Virus record (IMG/VR): IMGVR_UViG_3300043765_000050
Span: 1-41,031 of that record
Source of the DNA: a virus
Lineage: Duplodnaviria; Caudoviricetes
Strand: one strand, 5' to 3'
DNA: 41,031 bases
Below are positions 34,201 through 41,031 of this stretch, piece after piece. Under the pieces are notes generated by a model that saw nothing but the letters and a program-made list of their open reading frames with translations, did not search any database and was not told the origin of the DNA. The first letter of the stretch is position 1. The number at the start of each line of letters is the position of its first letter. Both the position numbers and the translations under genes were made by a program.

Positions 34201-34598
34201 GTTTTTATAACAACCTGATGTACGACAGCGGAATCACTACCGGGGTGCAGTACGGTTACATGGATACCAACGTCGATGGGTTTGCATTCAGCGATTACAA
34301 CATCTACGGGGGCCTCAATCAGTTTACAACGCGCCCCAGTGGTACCGATGCGACCGGCACGGCAACCAACAACAATTGGACGCAATGGCGCACCGCGATT
34401 GGGGGACAGGATGCTCACTCGATGGCGACCGCAATTGCCGATCCATTCCAGAACAACGGTCCCTTGGCCTTGCAGTACCAGATCAACCCTTCGGGCGTCG
34501 CTTATAACTTTAGCCGCGAGAGTGGAGCGGTATCGGGTGCGTTGGTCAACTGCGGCGCATGGGACGGGCGCGTGACGCAGATCGGCAGCACCTTCTGA
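31212..34598 (+). CDS. Tailspike/adhesin: N-terminal Ig domain and C-terminal right-handed beta-helix
   Basis: Ig motif as in 25343; YYISTTGSDSNTGTLASPW, then parallel beta-helix-like repeats (NVTIQNCTF, VQNCKF, FHHNII, FNNT). Confidence 0.8.
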   Translation: MPAIITIQRKQSTAPPPVAPTITSTSPLPGAVINTPYTYTFTATGGTTPYTWAGTSLPAGLTLSSAGVLSGTPTTTATSSLSVTVTGGGLTSAAQLFSLTVNPAISTTWHHGDVITLTLPAGLASFGSKKAQTPDIYDFGQDGPGVLNNAYSNTCPYLFTGANAQWNITNRMVPFWGSSNVLPINAPDPYTKVISAGCFAAYFQESIPPDTGQNAAGMFVTLTNWWNPGAAPFNMPTDSVWSVHEWYMGYGPDGWNFAAPFSYQFTGTFTAGSPTVTGLSQTDANMLYLMTVYANFIDYIAATSGSLYVPSNTKISSVDTVGLTFTMNANATTTGTTSTHYAFRLGFDNNCKIWDINYGPYGAIAYNNIPADSYEMHKRYSSQSETPGYGAGQNTQWSWWNSSRGSTIPTNYSTQVSLVADVGIGMGTDPAQSPFQPATSGGGIYGPKSVPNITDPTTQLNGHTIGPWCKMTAITRWDSNLNGPGWRHTYCNNVLGIDYKNRNPPITQTMYNPLPAAPNGVIETIGGYRRNCGQSGWPPWYNQTGMSNQRNNWGMFACHGLDRQPQANGLGRFVLTNDSAWTQGGGTLGEIQWGWTAWSPTTVTLGKGLYVGNVNLGAAYLFFIDEANGIAPTLVASGTLAAPSVGFDYYISTTGSDSNTGTLASPWAITAINSKQATYAGKRLGLMAGTYDVSSLMNANNSTALNIQGGLLTGASRWPTYIGACDANGHYAQGVVTLDAYGASGQYGGGNGNRSAIIGQDNYGGVVPTNKGNWTLDGIVLSGFSLWAVHVGSYDGTFGVCPNVTIQNCTFTNGSAQNSTVASGVNVGPLVLYSYSNCAVQNCKFLNNLGWTDNIHFAAMYVWGGLASNPSSLYLRVHQCTFINSGCIYGKTDSGYIYGTTIGNCYFDMTQKTPTGGQSMAIQGFSCPGGDQLRNQSAFHHNIIVGNMAMDLEPQQATGLMKWTTPINCFNNTWILNNTQGSIGPGFRFWGFTGFARFYNNLMYDSGITTGVQYGYMDTNVDGFAFSDYNIYGGLNQFTTRPSGTDATGTATNNNWTQWRTAIGGQDAHSMATAIADPFQNNGPLALQYQINPSGVAYNFSRESGAVSGALVNCGAWDGRVTQIGSTF

Positions 34599-35818
34599 TG
34601 GCAATCGATCCCATTTCCGGCCAAAGCGCGACTTCCAGTACCACGGGGGTCGGTGGGGGATCGTGGCTGACGGACCTGTCTGGGACGTTCGGCAACCTGT
34701 CCTCTGGCATGGGATTTGCAGCTGGGGTACAGGCGGGAGGAGTTCGGGGGGATATTCAGGCCGCACAGTCCGCCGCGAAGCTGGTCGGTAGCATTTCCGG
34801 TCCCGGCAGCACCTTCAGTTCCACGGGGAACGTCGGAGGGGCGCTCGCGGATATCACCAACCTGTCGAATATCATCACGGGATTACAGCAGGGCGGAGTG
34901 TCCGGATACGGAGGCGCCACCATCAACACTGCTGCGCTCGCTGCGCGCACCGGGGGTCAATTAGCCAGTGCCGGAGCTTTCGGCAGCGCTTCGGGAGAAG
35001 TCGGCAGCGTTGCAGGTGAAGTCGGTCAGGTGGTTGCCCCGCTCGCGTCAGCGTTATCAATTTACAATTTCGCGAAAGGATGGCAGTCGGGCGCCACGGG
35101 AGCGGATGCGCTGCGCGGCATGCAGACGGGCGCGACCATCGGCACTGAAATCATGCCGGGCATTGGCACGGCCATTGGCGCACTGGGCGGGGCCGCGGTG
35201 GGGGCAGTCTCCAGCCTCTTCGGTCCCGGTCGGATGGACCCGGAAAATGTCAGTTGGGACCAGTACGCCGCGGCCTACAGCCAGCAAGGTGCAGGTGGAG
35301 TAGCCGGGGCGACGCCTTCGCAGAACTTTCAGATGCTGGCCGGGATCTTCGACGCTCGCGGCAGTTCGATCCCTTTTTACAACCAGTTCGGGCGCATGGG
35401 CGAAAATCAGTTCATGTCCGCCATGACCGGCAAGATCAATCAAGCTTTAGCTTCCGGTCAGATATCAGGTTCCTCCACGCCAGACCAGATTTACTCTTCC
35501 GTGGTGCAACCGTGGATCAATCAGATGGCACCCGGGGGCTGGCAGGCGAGCTATACCGCCAAGGGCGCCCCTGAACAGCAAGCGATTGGGAACCTGCTGA
35601 CGAACCTGATCGGGCAGTGGCAGTCAGGCCAGATTACGGGCAGCACGCCTCTCGGCATCAGCGGGCAGACGATATCGGGCCTTGAGAGCTTCGGCGCGCA
35701 GGGGACGAATCCACAGGCCGCGCAGCAGACGCAAGCCTATCAGCAGCAGGGTGCGCAGCAGGTCACCACGGCGCTTCAATCATCGCTCGCTATTTTCAGG
35801 CAGGCCCGTATCCAGTGA
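34598..35818 (+). CDS. Putative DNA ejection (internal virion) protein
   Basis: Gly/Ala/Ser/Gln-rich with a glycine-zipper (GATIGTEIMPGIGTAIGALGGAAVG); TGATG coupling. Confidence 0.65.
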   Translation: MAIDPISGQSATSSTTGVGGGSWLTDLSGTFGNLSSGMGFAAGVQAGGVRGDIQAAQSAAKLVGSISGPGSTFSSTGNVGGALADITNLSNIITGLQQGGVSGYGGATINTAALAARTGGQLASAGAFGSASGEVGSVAGEVGQVVAPLASALSIYNFAKGWQSGATGADALRGMQTGATIGTEIMPGIGTAIGALGGAAVGAVSSLFGPGRMDPENVSWDQYAAAYSQQGAGGVAGATPSQNFQMLAGIFDARGSSIPFYNQFGRMGENQFMSAMTGKINQALASGQISGSSTPDQIYSSVVQPWINQMAPGGWQASYTAKGAPEQQAIGNLLTNLIGQWQSGQITGSTPLGISGQTISGLESFGAQGTNPQAAQQTQAYQQQGAQQVTTALQSSLAIFRQARIQ

Positions 35819-35826
35819 GTTGAGCC

Positions 35827-36939
35827 ATGGCAACCGATCCTGTCAGCGGTACCGATCTGGGTCAGATGACCACGGACCCCGTGGGGTATAGCTGGCTCTC
35901 GGGTGCCGGCTCTCCGACCACGCCGACGACCGACGGCACCGCAGGCACCGGGACCGACCCCTCCCAGATCACGGCTCCCAGCGCACCGGCAGGTACGACG
36001 GCAGCGCCTTCGACGTCGGGCAACTGGCTCTCGGATATCGGTAGCGCCATTCAGTCACCGCTTGGGCAGGTGGCTACCGCAGCGATACCGGCAGCGGTCG
36101 GGCTGTACCAGTCCGGTCAGGCGACCAAGCAGGCGCAGCAACTTGCCAATCAGGTGATCCAGACGGGAGCCCCGGCAGGCACGTTCGGCAATCAGGTACT
36201 GGGTCAGGTATCAGGTGGGGCCCCGGTTCCCGGACAGACAGGGCAGAACATCGCAGGGCTGCAGACCGCGGCGGGTGAGCAGACGCAGGTCGCACAGACG
36301 TATGGGACCGGCAACCTCACGCCTGCCCAGAATTCTCAAGTTACGAGCTACGTTCAGCAGCAGCGTGCGATGGTCGATGCCCAACTGGGGCCGTCCGGGA
36401 ACTTGAATTCCTCTGCCCGCGCTCAGGCTTATCAGCAGATCGATAACAACGCCGCGCAGCTTTCGCAGAACCTCGTGTTGCAGAACCAGTCGGTCGCGCA
36501 GGGGGCCATGCAGGCGGTGACCGGGATGTACCAGTCGCTGGTATCGAACGCGGTGAATGCGGCGGGACTGGCGTATGCGGCCACCGCGACTGGGGTGAAG
36601 CAACTGATTGGGCAGAACAGCCAGATTGCCTCATATGTGCAACAGATGCTGGCCGGGATTGCCGGGGGCCTGTCGATGGCAAGCGGTAAGCCGCAGCCGA
36701 CGACCGGCGCGGCAGCAGGGACTCCGGCGGGAGTAGGTGGGCAACTGGCAACGGCAGTCAGCAACTGGGCGCAGCCCGATGCCAGCCAGTACGCCTCGAC
36801 TTCAATGTCCGACATGCCGGGCGTATCACCACTCGATTTAAGCAGCACCGATACCAGCGCCACTGACACCTCCTTACTGTCTTCCGCCACGCAAAACCAG
36901 TTGGCTCCCGCCAGCCTGTCGGACTTGGGTGGAGGCTGA
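35827..36939 (+). CDS. Putative DNA ejection protein
   Basis: Gln/Ala/Thr/Gly-rich; podovirus synteny. Confidence 0.65.
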   Translation: MATDPVSGTDLGQMTTDPVGYSWLSGAGSPTTPTTDGTAGTGTDPSQITAPSAPAGTTAAPSTSGNWLSDIGSAIQSPLGQVATAAIPAAVGLYQSGQATKQAQQLANQVIQTGAPAGTFGNQVLGQVSGGAPVPGQTGQNIAGLQTAAGEQTQVAQTYGTGNLTPAQNSQVTSYVQQQRAMVDAQLGPSGNLNSSARAQAYQQIDNNAAQLSQNLVLQNQSVAQGAMQAVTGMYQSLVSNAVNAAGLAYAATATGVKQLIGQNSQIASYVQQMLAGIAGGLSMASGKPQPTTGAAAGTPAGVGGQLATAVSNWAQPDASQYASTSMSDMPGVSPLDLSSTDTSATDTSLLSSATQNQLAPASLSDLGGG

Positions 36940-36940
36940 T

Positions 36941-38806
36941 ATGCCAGACCCCGACGTTGATATCAGTGCACTCCCGGATCCGTTAGCTGCTCCTGCGCCG
37001 TTTCCTACTCTGCAGACCCCGGATCCGGCGGCACTCAGTCAGCAATTGGGGACGCAGTTCGGACAGCCGGGACCGGGGAAGCCGGTGCAGACCTTTCAGC
37101 CCGGGCAACCCAATGTCGAAGAACAGATGTTCACGCAGCAGCGTGCGCAGACCCCGGTAGCCGATGCCGCCACCGCTGCCGCGGATGCGGGATTACCCAC
37201 AGGTAAGGCACCGGGCCTCATGCCGATACCGCTTGCCGATGGGCAGGCCCCTGCCGGCGTCAATCAGGAACTGTTTACCTCGATGCTCTCTCAGGACCGT
37301 GACGCGGCCTTGAAGGCAATTGCCAGCTTGGACAGCGATGAGAAGGACGCGTTGCGCAAGAAGACTGCGATTTACAACGATCTGATCAATCAGCAAAAGG
37401 CGTTTGGTAGGGAAGAGGATGCCATTGCCCAGAAGATTGCTGATCTTAAGGTGAGTGCGGTCAAGGATGAGATGACGCAGGATCAGAAGTTAGATCAGTG
37501 GGTGCAGAATACTCCGACGCGTCAGGCTATCTATGCAACCGGCATGCACATGATGGCACCGCTTTCCATTCTCGCAGCGATTGGCGGAGCGGTGACGAAG
37601 AACAACGCGATGACCATGCTGGCGGCGAACGCGGGCATCGTGGAGGGCATCAACTCCGGCAGCGAGGCGAAATATAACGAGGCGCTGGACCGATGGAAGA
37701 TCGGTTATCAGCGAATGCAGGATCATGCCAAGAATACCGAGAAAATGTTTAATCAGATGATTGATGCTTATCAGGGTTTAGGTAATGCGCGTGAACGTGC
37801 CGCGGCGCGTACCCGCATGATACTGGGCGACCAGTTGGATGCCGCGCAGTTGAAGGTGGGCACGGACGTACAGTTACTCGACTCCACGTTGAAGGCGGCT
37901 AAGATCACCGAGAGTTACGCGGCAGCACTGGACCGGGTGGAGAATCAGCGGTTGCAGAAATCCCTGATGACCAGTCCCGGCGGTTTGGCAGCGATGGGCT
38001 GGACGCCGGAAATCATCGATTCCTACGCGGAGCGGGGATTGCGCGGTGATTATACATGGCGCGTGGGTTTGTCACGGTCGGCAGGCGGTTCCGCAATCAT
38101 CGCGGCAATAGACCGACGTGCGGCGGAAATGTCCTACCAGCGAGGCATTCCTGCGGGTGAGTTCGCGACTATACCGGCGACTGCCAAGGGACTTTCACAC
38201 GCATTGCAGGAACGGCAGTCGTACCTCGAAGCGGTGAAGCCCGCGGTCGGTCAGTTCAACAATCAGGCAGCGATCATCCGGCGACTGCTGAAGCCGGGAG
38301 TGGGTGGCGACTCACCGGTCTGGAACAAGTATCAGCAGTACGTTCGCGGTGAAGTGGCCGGTGACGATGACGTGATGGCGCTGGATCTGGCGCTGCAGGG
38401 TGCGGGCCGCGAGCATCGTCGCATCATCACCGGTCCACGCTCTAACGCCACGTTGACGGATGATGCCAACAAGCGCGCGGATGCCGTGATGAACATCAAC
38501 CTCAATGCGCGGCAGATCCTGCGTAATTTGAGAGTGATGGAGGATGAAGGGCAGGGCTTCTATAAGGCCAATCAACAGGAAGTAGTAGATATCCGCCGGC
38601 AGATTTCCAACTTGGGTGCCGGTCCGCAGTTGGATAAGCCGCCTGTCAGTGCATCGCCCGGTGCCTCATGGGAGCGTCCACCGACGCAGGTCGGGGATCC
38701 GGGCGCACAGGGTAAAACTGTTACCGGAACGGCTACCGAGAAAGGTACTGGCAGAAAAGTGCTGCAGTATTCTGATGGCTCACTGGGATACGAGGATCAG
38801 CAGTAA
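36941..38806 (+). CDS. Putative DNA ejection protein
   Basis: GGAGG SD; long helical protein. Confidence 0.65.
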   Translation: MPDPDVDISALPDPLAAPAPFPTLQTPDPAALSQQLGTQFGQPGPGKPVQTFQPGQPNVEEQMFTQQRAQTPVADAATAAADAGLPTGKAPGLMPIPLADGQAPAGVNQELFTSMLSQDRDAALKAIASLDSDEKDALRKKTAIYNDLINQQKAFGREEDAIAQKIADLKVSAVKDEMTQDQKLDQWVQNTPTRQAIYATGMHMMAPLSILAAIGGAVTKNNAMTMLAANAGIVEGINSGSEAKYNEALDRWKIGYQRMQDHAKNTEKMFNQMIDAYQGLGNARERAAARTRMILGDQLDAAQLKVGTDVQLLDSTLKAAKITESYAAALDRVENQRLQKSLMTSPGGLAAMGWTPEIIDSYAERGLRGDYTWRVGLSRSAGGSAIIAAIDRRAAEMSYQRGIPAGEFATIPATAKGLSHALQERQSYLEAVKPAVGQFNNQAAIIRRLLKPGVGGDSPVWNKYQQYVRGEVAGDDDVMALDLALQGAGREHRRIITGPRSNATLTDDANKRADAVMNINLNARQILRNLRVMEDEGQGFYKANQQEVVDIRRQISNLGAGPQLDKPPVSASPGASWERPPTQVGDPGAQGKTVTGTATEKGTGRKVLQYSDGSLGYEDQQ

Positions 38807-40524
38807 TGCCTGATGGCGATAAACCTGATCCTAATAACCTCATTTGGGATCAACCGCAATCTGCTACTCCGGCTGCGTCAGCCAGACAGACACCGGATCC
38901 GGCTAACCTCATATGGGACAAGCCTGCTGCCGGTCAGACTCCTCAACCTGATCAGCCGGTGACGTTAGGCGAGATGGGACGTGTCGGCGCGCGGGGGTTG
39001 ATCAAGGGTGCAACGGATATCGCAACATTCATTCCTGATATTGCCGTGCAGGCTGAGCATGCCATCGATCCGGCTTTGCAGAAGCTGAGTGATTGGAGTG
39101 GCTTGCCGATGGGTGAGCCGCTGAAGAGTCCGACGCAGTACGCCCGAGAGCAATTGGACCGCTGGATCAAGCCTTCTGAGCACAAGTGGGGTCAGCGGAC
39201 TGAGGAAGGGATTGCACTCTTGGCATCCGGTGGATTGTCGGGGGTCGCTGAACGGGCGGCAGTCAAGGCACCGCAGATAGCTGAGAAGATTGCCGAGAGA
39301 GCTACTGCCACTCCGGCGACTGCCCGTGCCGCACAGAACGCAGTATCGGAAGGTTACAAAATCTCACCGGCCTATATTGGCGGGGGTGCTGAAAGGCAAG
39401 TAGCGGAGTGGTACGGTCGCCCGCACCTGTTTGAAGACAATTCCGCGCTCAATGAATTCAAGACTGATGAAATCGCCCGCCGTGATCTGGGGTTGCATCC
39501 TGATGAGGAGTTGGGCCCCAGTACCTATGATCGGCTGAAAAAGGCGGAATATCAGACTTTCGAGGAAGCCCGCGCGCTGACTCCCAAGCCAACAGACGAA
39601 TTACGGGCATCGCCGCAGTTCCTACAGGATATGGCTAATGCCAACAGGCGGCCCGGCGGCTCACCTTACATATCGGGTACACATAGCTTCGGTCCGCCGG
39701 AATATGAGTCCGTGACGGCACCGATCATCGCTAAATACAACAAGCCATCATTCAATATCGGTGAATCTCTGGACCGCATGCGCGAACTTCGGGCCTCTTC
39801 CCGCGCAAACCTTGCAAACTACGATCCTGAGAAAAACGCCATTGGCTACACGCAGCGCAAGGTGGCGGATGCCATGGAAAGCGAAATCGCGCGTATGGCG
39901 GAAAGGCCGATACCTGCGCAGGAAGGGGCAGTGCTAGATCCGGTGTGGGGAGGCTGGAAGGGCACCCCGACGCATCCCAGCCCGCCGCAAGCCATTCCGG
40001 GATTGGGTCAGCGCTTGCGCGAGGCCCGGACCCAGCTTGCCAAGATCCAGAATTACGAGGATGCAACCCGGGCCGGTGGGCACGTTTCCGCCACTGACTT
40101 TGCACGGTTGCTGAGAAATGACCCGCGGTACCCGTTGTCAGGCGGAGCGCGCACCATTGCTGAGACAGCGCTGAATTTCCCCAAGGATATGCAATCGATT
40201 GCTGGTGCCGGCAAGGGTGAGCGGGGAGCCTTCAGCGTGGTCGATTACATGATGGGTGGTGTGGGATTGGCGGCACATCATCCTGCCGTTGCGGCCATCA
40301 GCCTGACCCGTCCGGTGCTGGGTAAGGCCGTGCGCAGCGAGGCCGTACAGGAACGGATGCTCAAGGGGTACACCAAACGTGCGACCCGCGAGCCCCCTTC
40401 CGAGTTGCGCAAAGGTATTGGCAAGACTGCGACCGGAGTTCGTAAAGCTGCCGTGCGCGGTGCCATCATCCGCAAGTCTGAGGACGATCAGCCACCGCAA
40501 CCCTCACTCAGTGATATGGATTAA
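38806..40524 (+). CDS. Putative DNA ejection/transfer protein
   Basis: TAATG coupling; N-terminal PDPxNLIWD repeated twice; helical Ala-rich body. Confidence 0.65.
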   Translation: MPDGDKPDPNNLIWDQPQSATPAASARQTPDPANLIWDKPAAGQTPQPDQPVTLGEMGRVGARGLIKGATDIATFIPDIAVQAEHAIDPALQKLSDWSGLPMGEPLKSPTQYAREQLDRWIKPSEHKWGQRTEEGIALLASGGLSGVAERAAVKAPQIAEKIAERATATPATARAAQNAVSEGYKISPAYIGGGAERQVAEWYGRPHLFEDNSALNEFKTDEIARRDLGLHPDEELGPSTYDRLKKAEYQTFEEARALTPKPTDELRASPQFLQDMANANRRPGGSPYISGTHSFGPPEYESVTAPIIAKYNKPSFNIGESLDRMRELRASSRANLANYDPEKNAIGYTQRKVADAMESEIARMAERPIPAQEGAVLDPVWGGWKGTPTHPSPPQAIPGLGQRLREARTQLAKIQNYEDATRAGGHVSATDFARLLRNDPRYPLSGGARTIAETALNFPKDMQSIAGAGKGERGAFSVVDYMMGGVGLAAHHPAVAAISLTRPVLGKAVRSEAVQERMLKGYTKRATREPPSELRKGIGKTATGVRKAAVRGAIIRKSEDDQPPQPSLSDMD

Positions 40525-40530
40525 CCGGAG

Positions 40531-40809
40531 GTGCCCGACATGAATCCCCCGCCACCCGCCAAAAAATCCGCCTCTTCTCCCCACACAGAAAAATCTACTG
40601 CTGAGGCTACGTCTGCGGTTCCCTCTGCTGACGTCATTGAGCCCCGCAATCCGAGTCAAGGCAGTCGCAGTATCACGATTGCCACCACGGTTGCCACGGG
40701 CGGTAAGCCGGTGCAGTACGTGCTCACCGATGGCACTTTTGTCCTGACCACCGACAATGAACGGGTGGTTGCTGACACAATCCGTAACCGATTACATGGA
40801 GCAGCCTGA
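40531..40809 (+). CDS. Hypothetical protein (ATG 40540 is the alternative start)
   Basis: GGAGG SD at 40526-40531. Confidence 0.65.
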   Translation: MPDMNPPPPAKKSASSPHTEKSTAEATSAVPSADVIEPRNPSQGSRSITIATTVATGGKPVQYVLTDGTFVLTTDNERVVADTIRNRLHGAA

Positions 40810-40810
40810 T

Positions 40811-40966
40811 ATGCCACGCACGAAAGGTCGAAGCATGGGCTCCCGGGTACCGTCCTTCCGCGGATCAGCGGGCCTGCATAAGCGCGGGACACCGGGCATC
40901 AGCCGCGGCGCAAGCCGGATGGCGAACACCCGTAACCGGAATACCCGCAGTGGCGCGCGCGCCTGA
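40811..40966 (+). CDS. 51-aa Arg-rich basic peptide running into the terminal repeat
   Basis: GGAG SD; MPRTKGRSMGSRVPSFRG...RNRNTRSGARA has no acidic residues; the repeat mismatch is synonymous (GCA/GCG) in this frame. Confidence 0.65.
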   Translation: MPRTKGRSMGSRVPSFRGSAGLHKRGTPGISRGASRMANTRNRNTRSGARA

Positions 40967-41031
40967 GCAGACCGACGAGGAGCGGGTAAAAGCCAAGCTG
41001 GTGAAGGAGATTCTGGCGGCGGATAACCGCG
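40853..41031. repeat. Terminal direct repeat, right copy
   Basis: Matches 1-179 with one mismatch. Confidence 0.95.

Noticed and set aside
1-41031. CRISPR array, IS/transposase, rRNA, or stop-codon reassignment
   Set aside because: I saw no spaced repeats or transposase motifs. The GATCACCTCC at 2772-2781 is only an SD complement. Genes tile densely under the standard code, with TAA, TAG and TGA all used as stops.

Overview
The window is an apparently complete ~40.85 kb GC-rich tailed-phage genome. Bases 1-179 recur at 40853-41031 with one synonymous mismatch, so the contig closes into a circle. Two leftward early clusters (2846-9735 and 11296-13730) are each headed by a TTGACA-N17 sigma70 promoter and encode ERF, a YqaJ/lambda-type exonuclease, DUF932, DUF1367-like, DUF6011-like and many small proteins. 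A rightward cro-like gene and a tandem paralogue pair lie between them. A non-coding DnaA-box cluster follows at ~14.2 kb. The long rightward late region encodes two lipoproteins, an Acb2/Tad1-like sponge, a PEP-CTERM-like protein, TerL, portal, protamine-like micro-ORFs, scaffold, major capsid, adaptor, an Ig protein, tail tube/nozzle, a tail fibre with S74 chaperone, a beta-helix tailspike, four ejection-type proteins, a holin-like protein and RuvC; this layout is podovirus-like. I could not recognise an integrase, CI repressor, replication initiator/helicase/polymerase, TerS or endolysin. The top finding is a 71-nt D-armless RNA (2791-2861, minus strand) resembling bacterial initiator tRNA-fMet. 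Its anticodon loop is expanded to 12 nt (AACUCAUGUGCA) and is exactly complementary to the octamer GCAC-AUG-A at the start codon of 10 early genes on the same strand. This suggests an RNA-guided translation-initiation control system. All protein calls are by-eye motif recognition; no searches were run.
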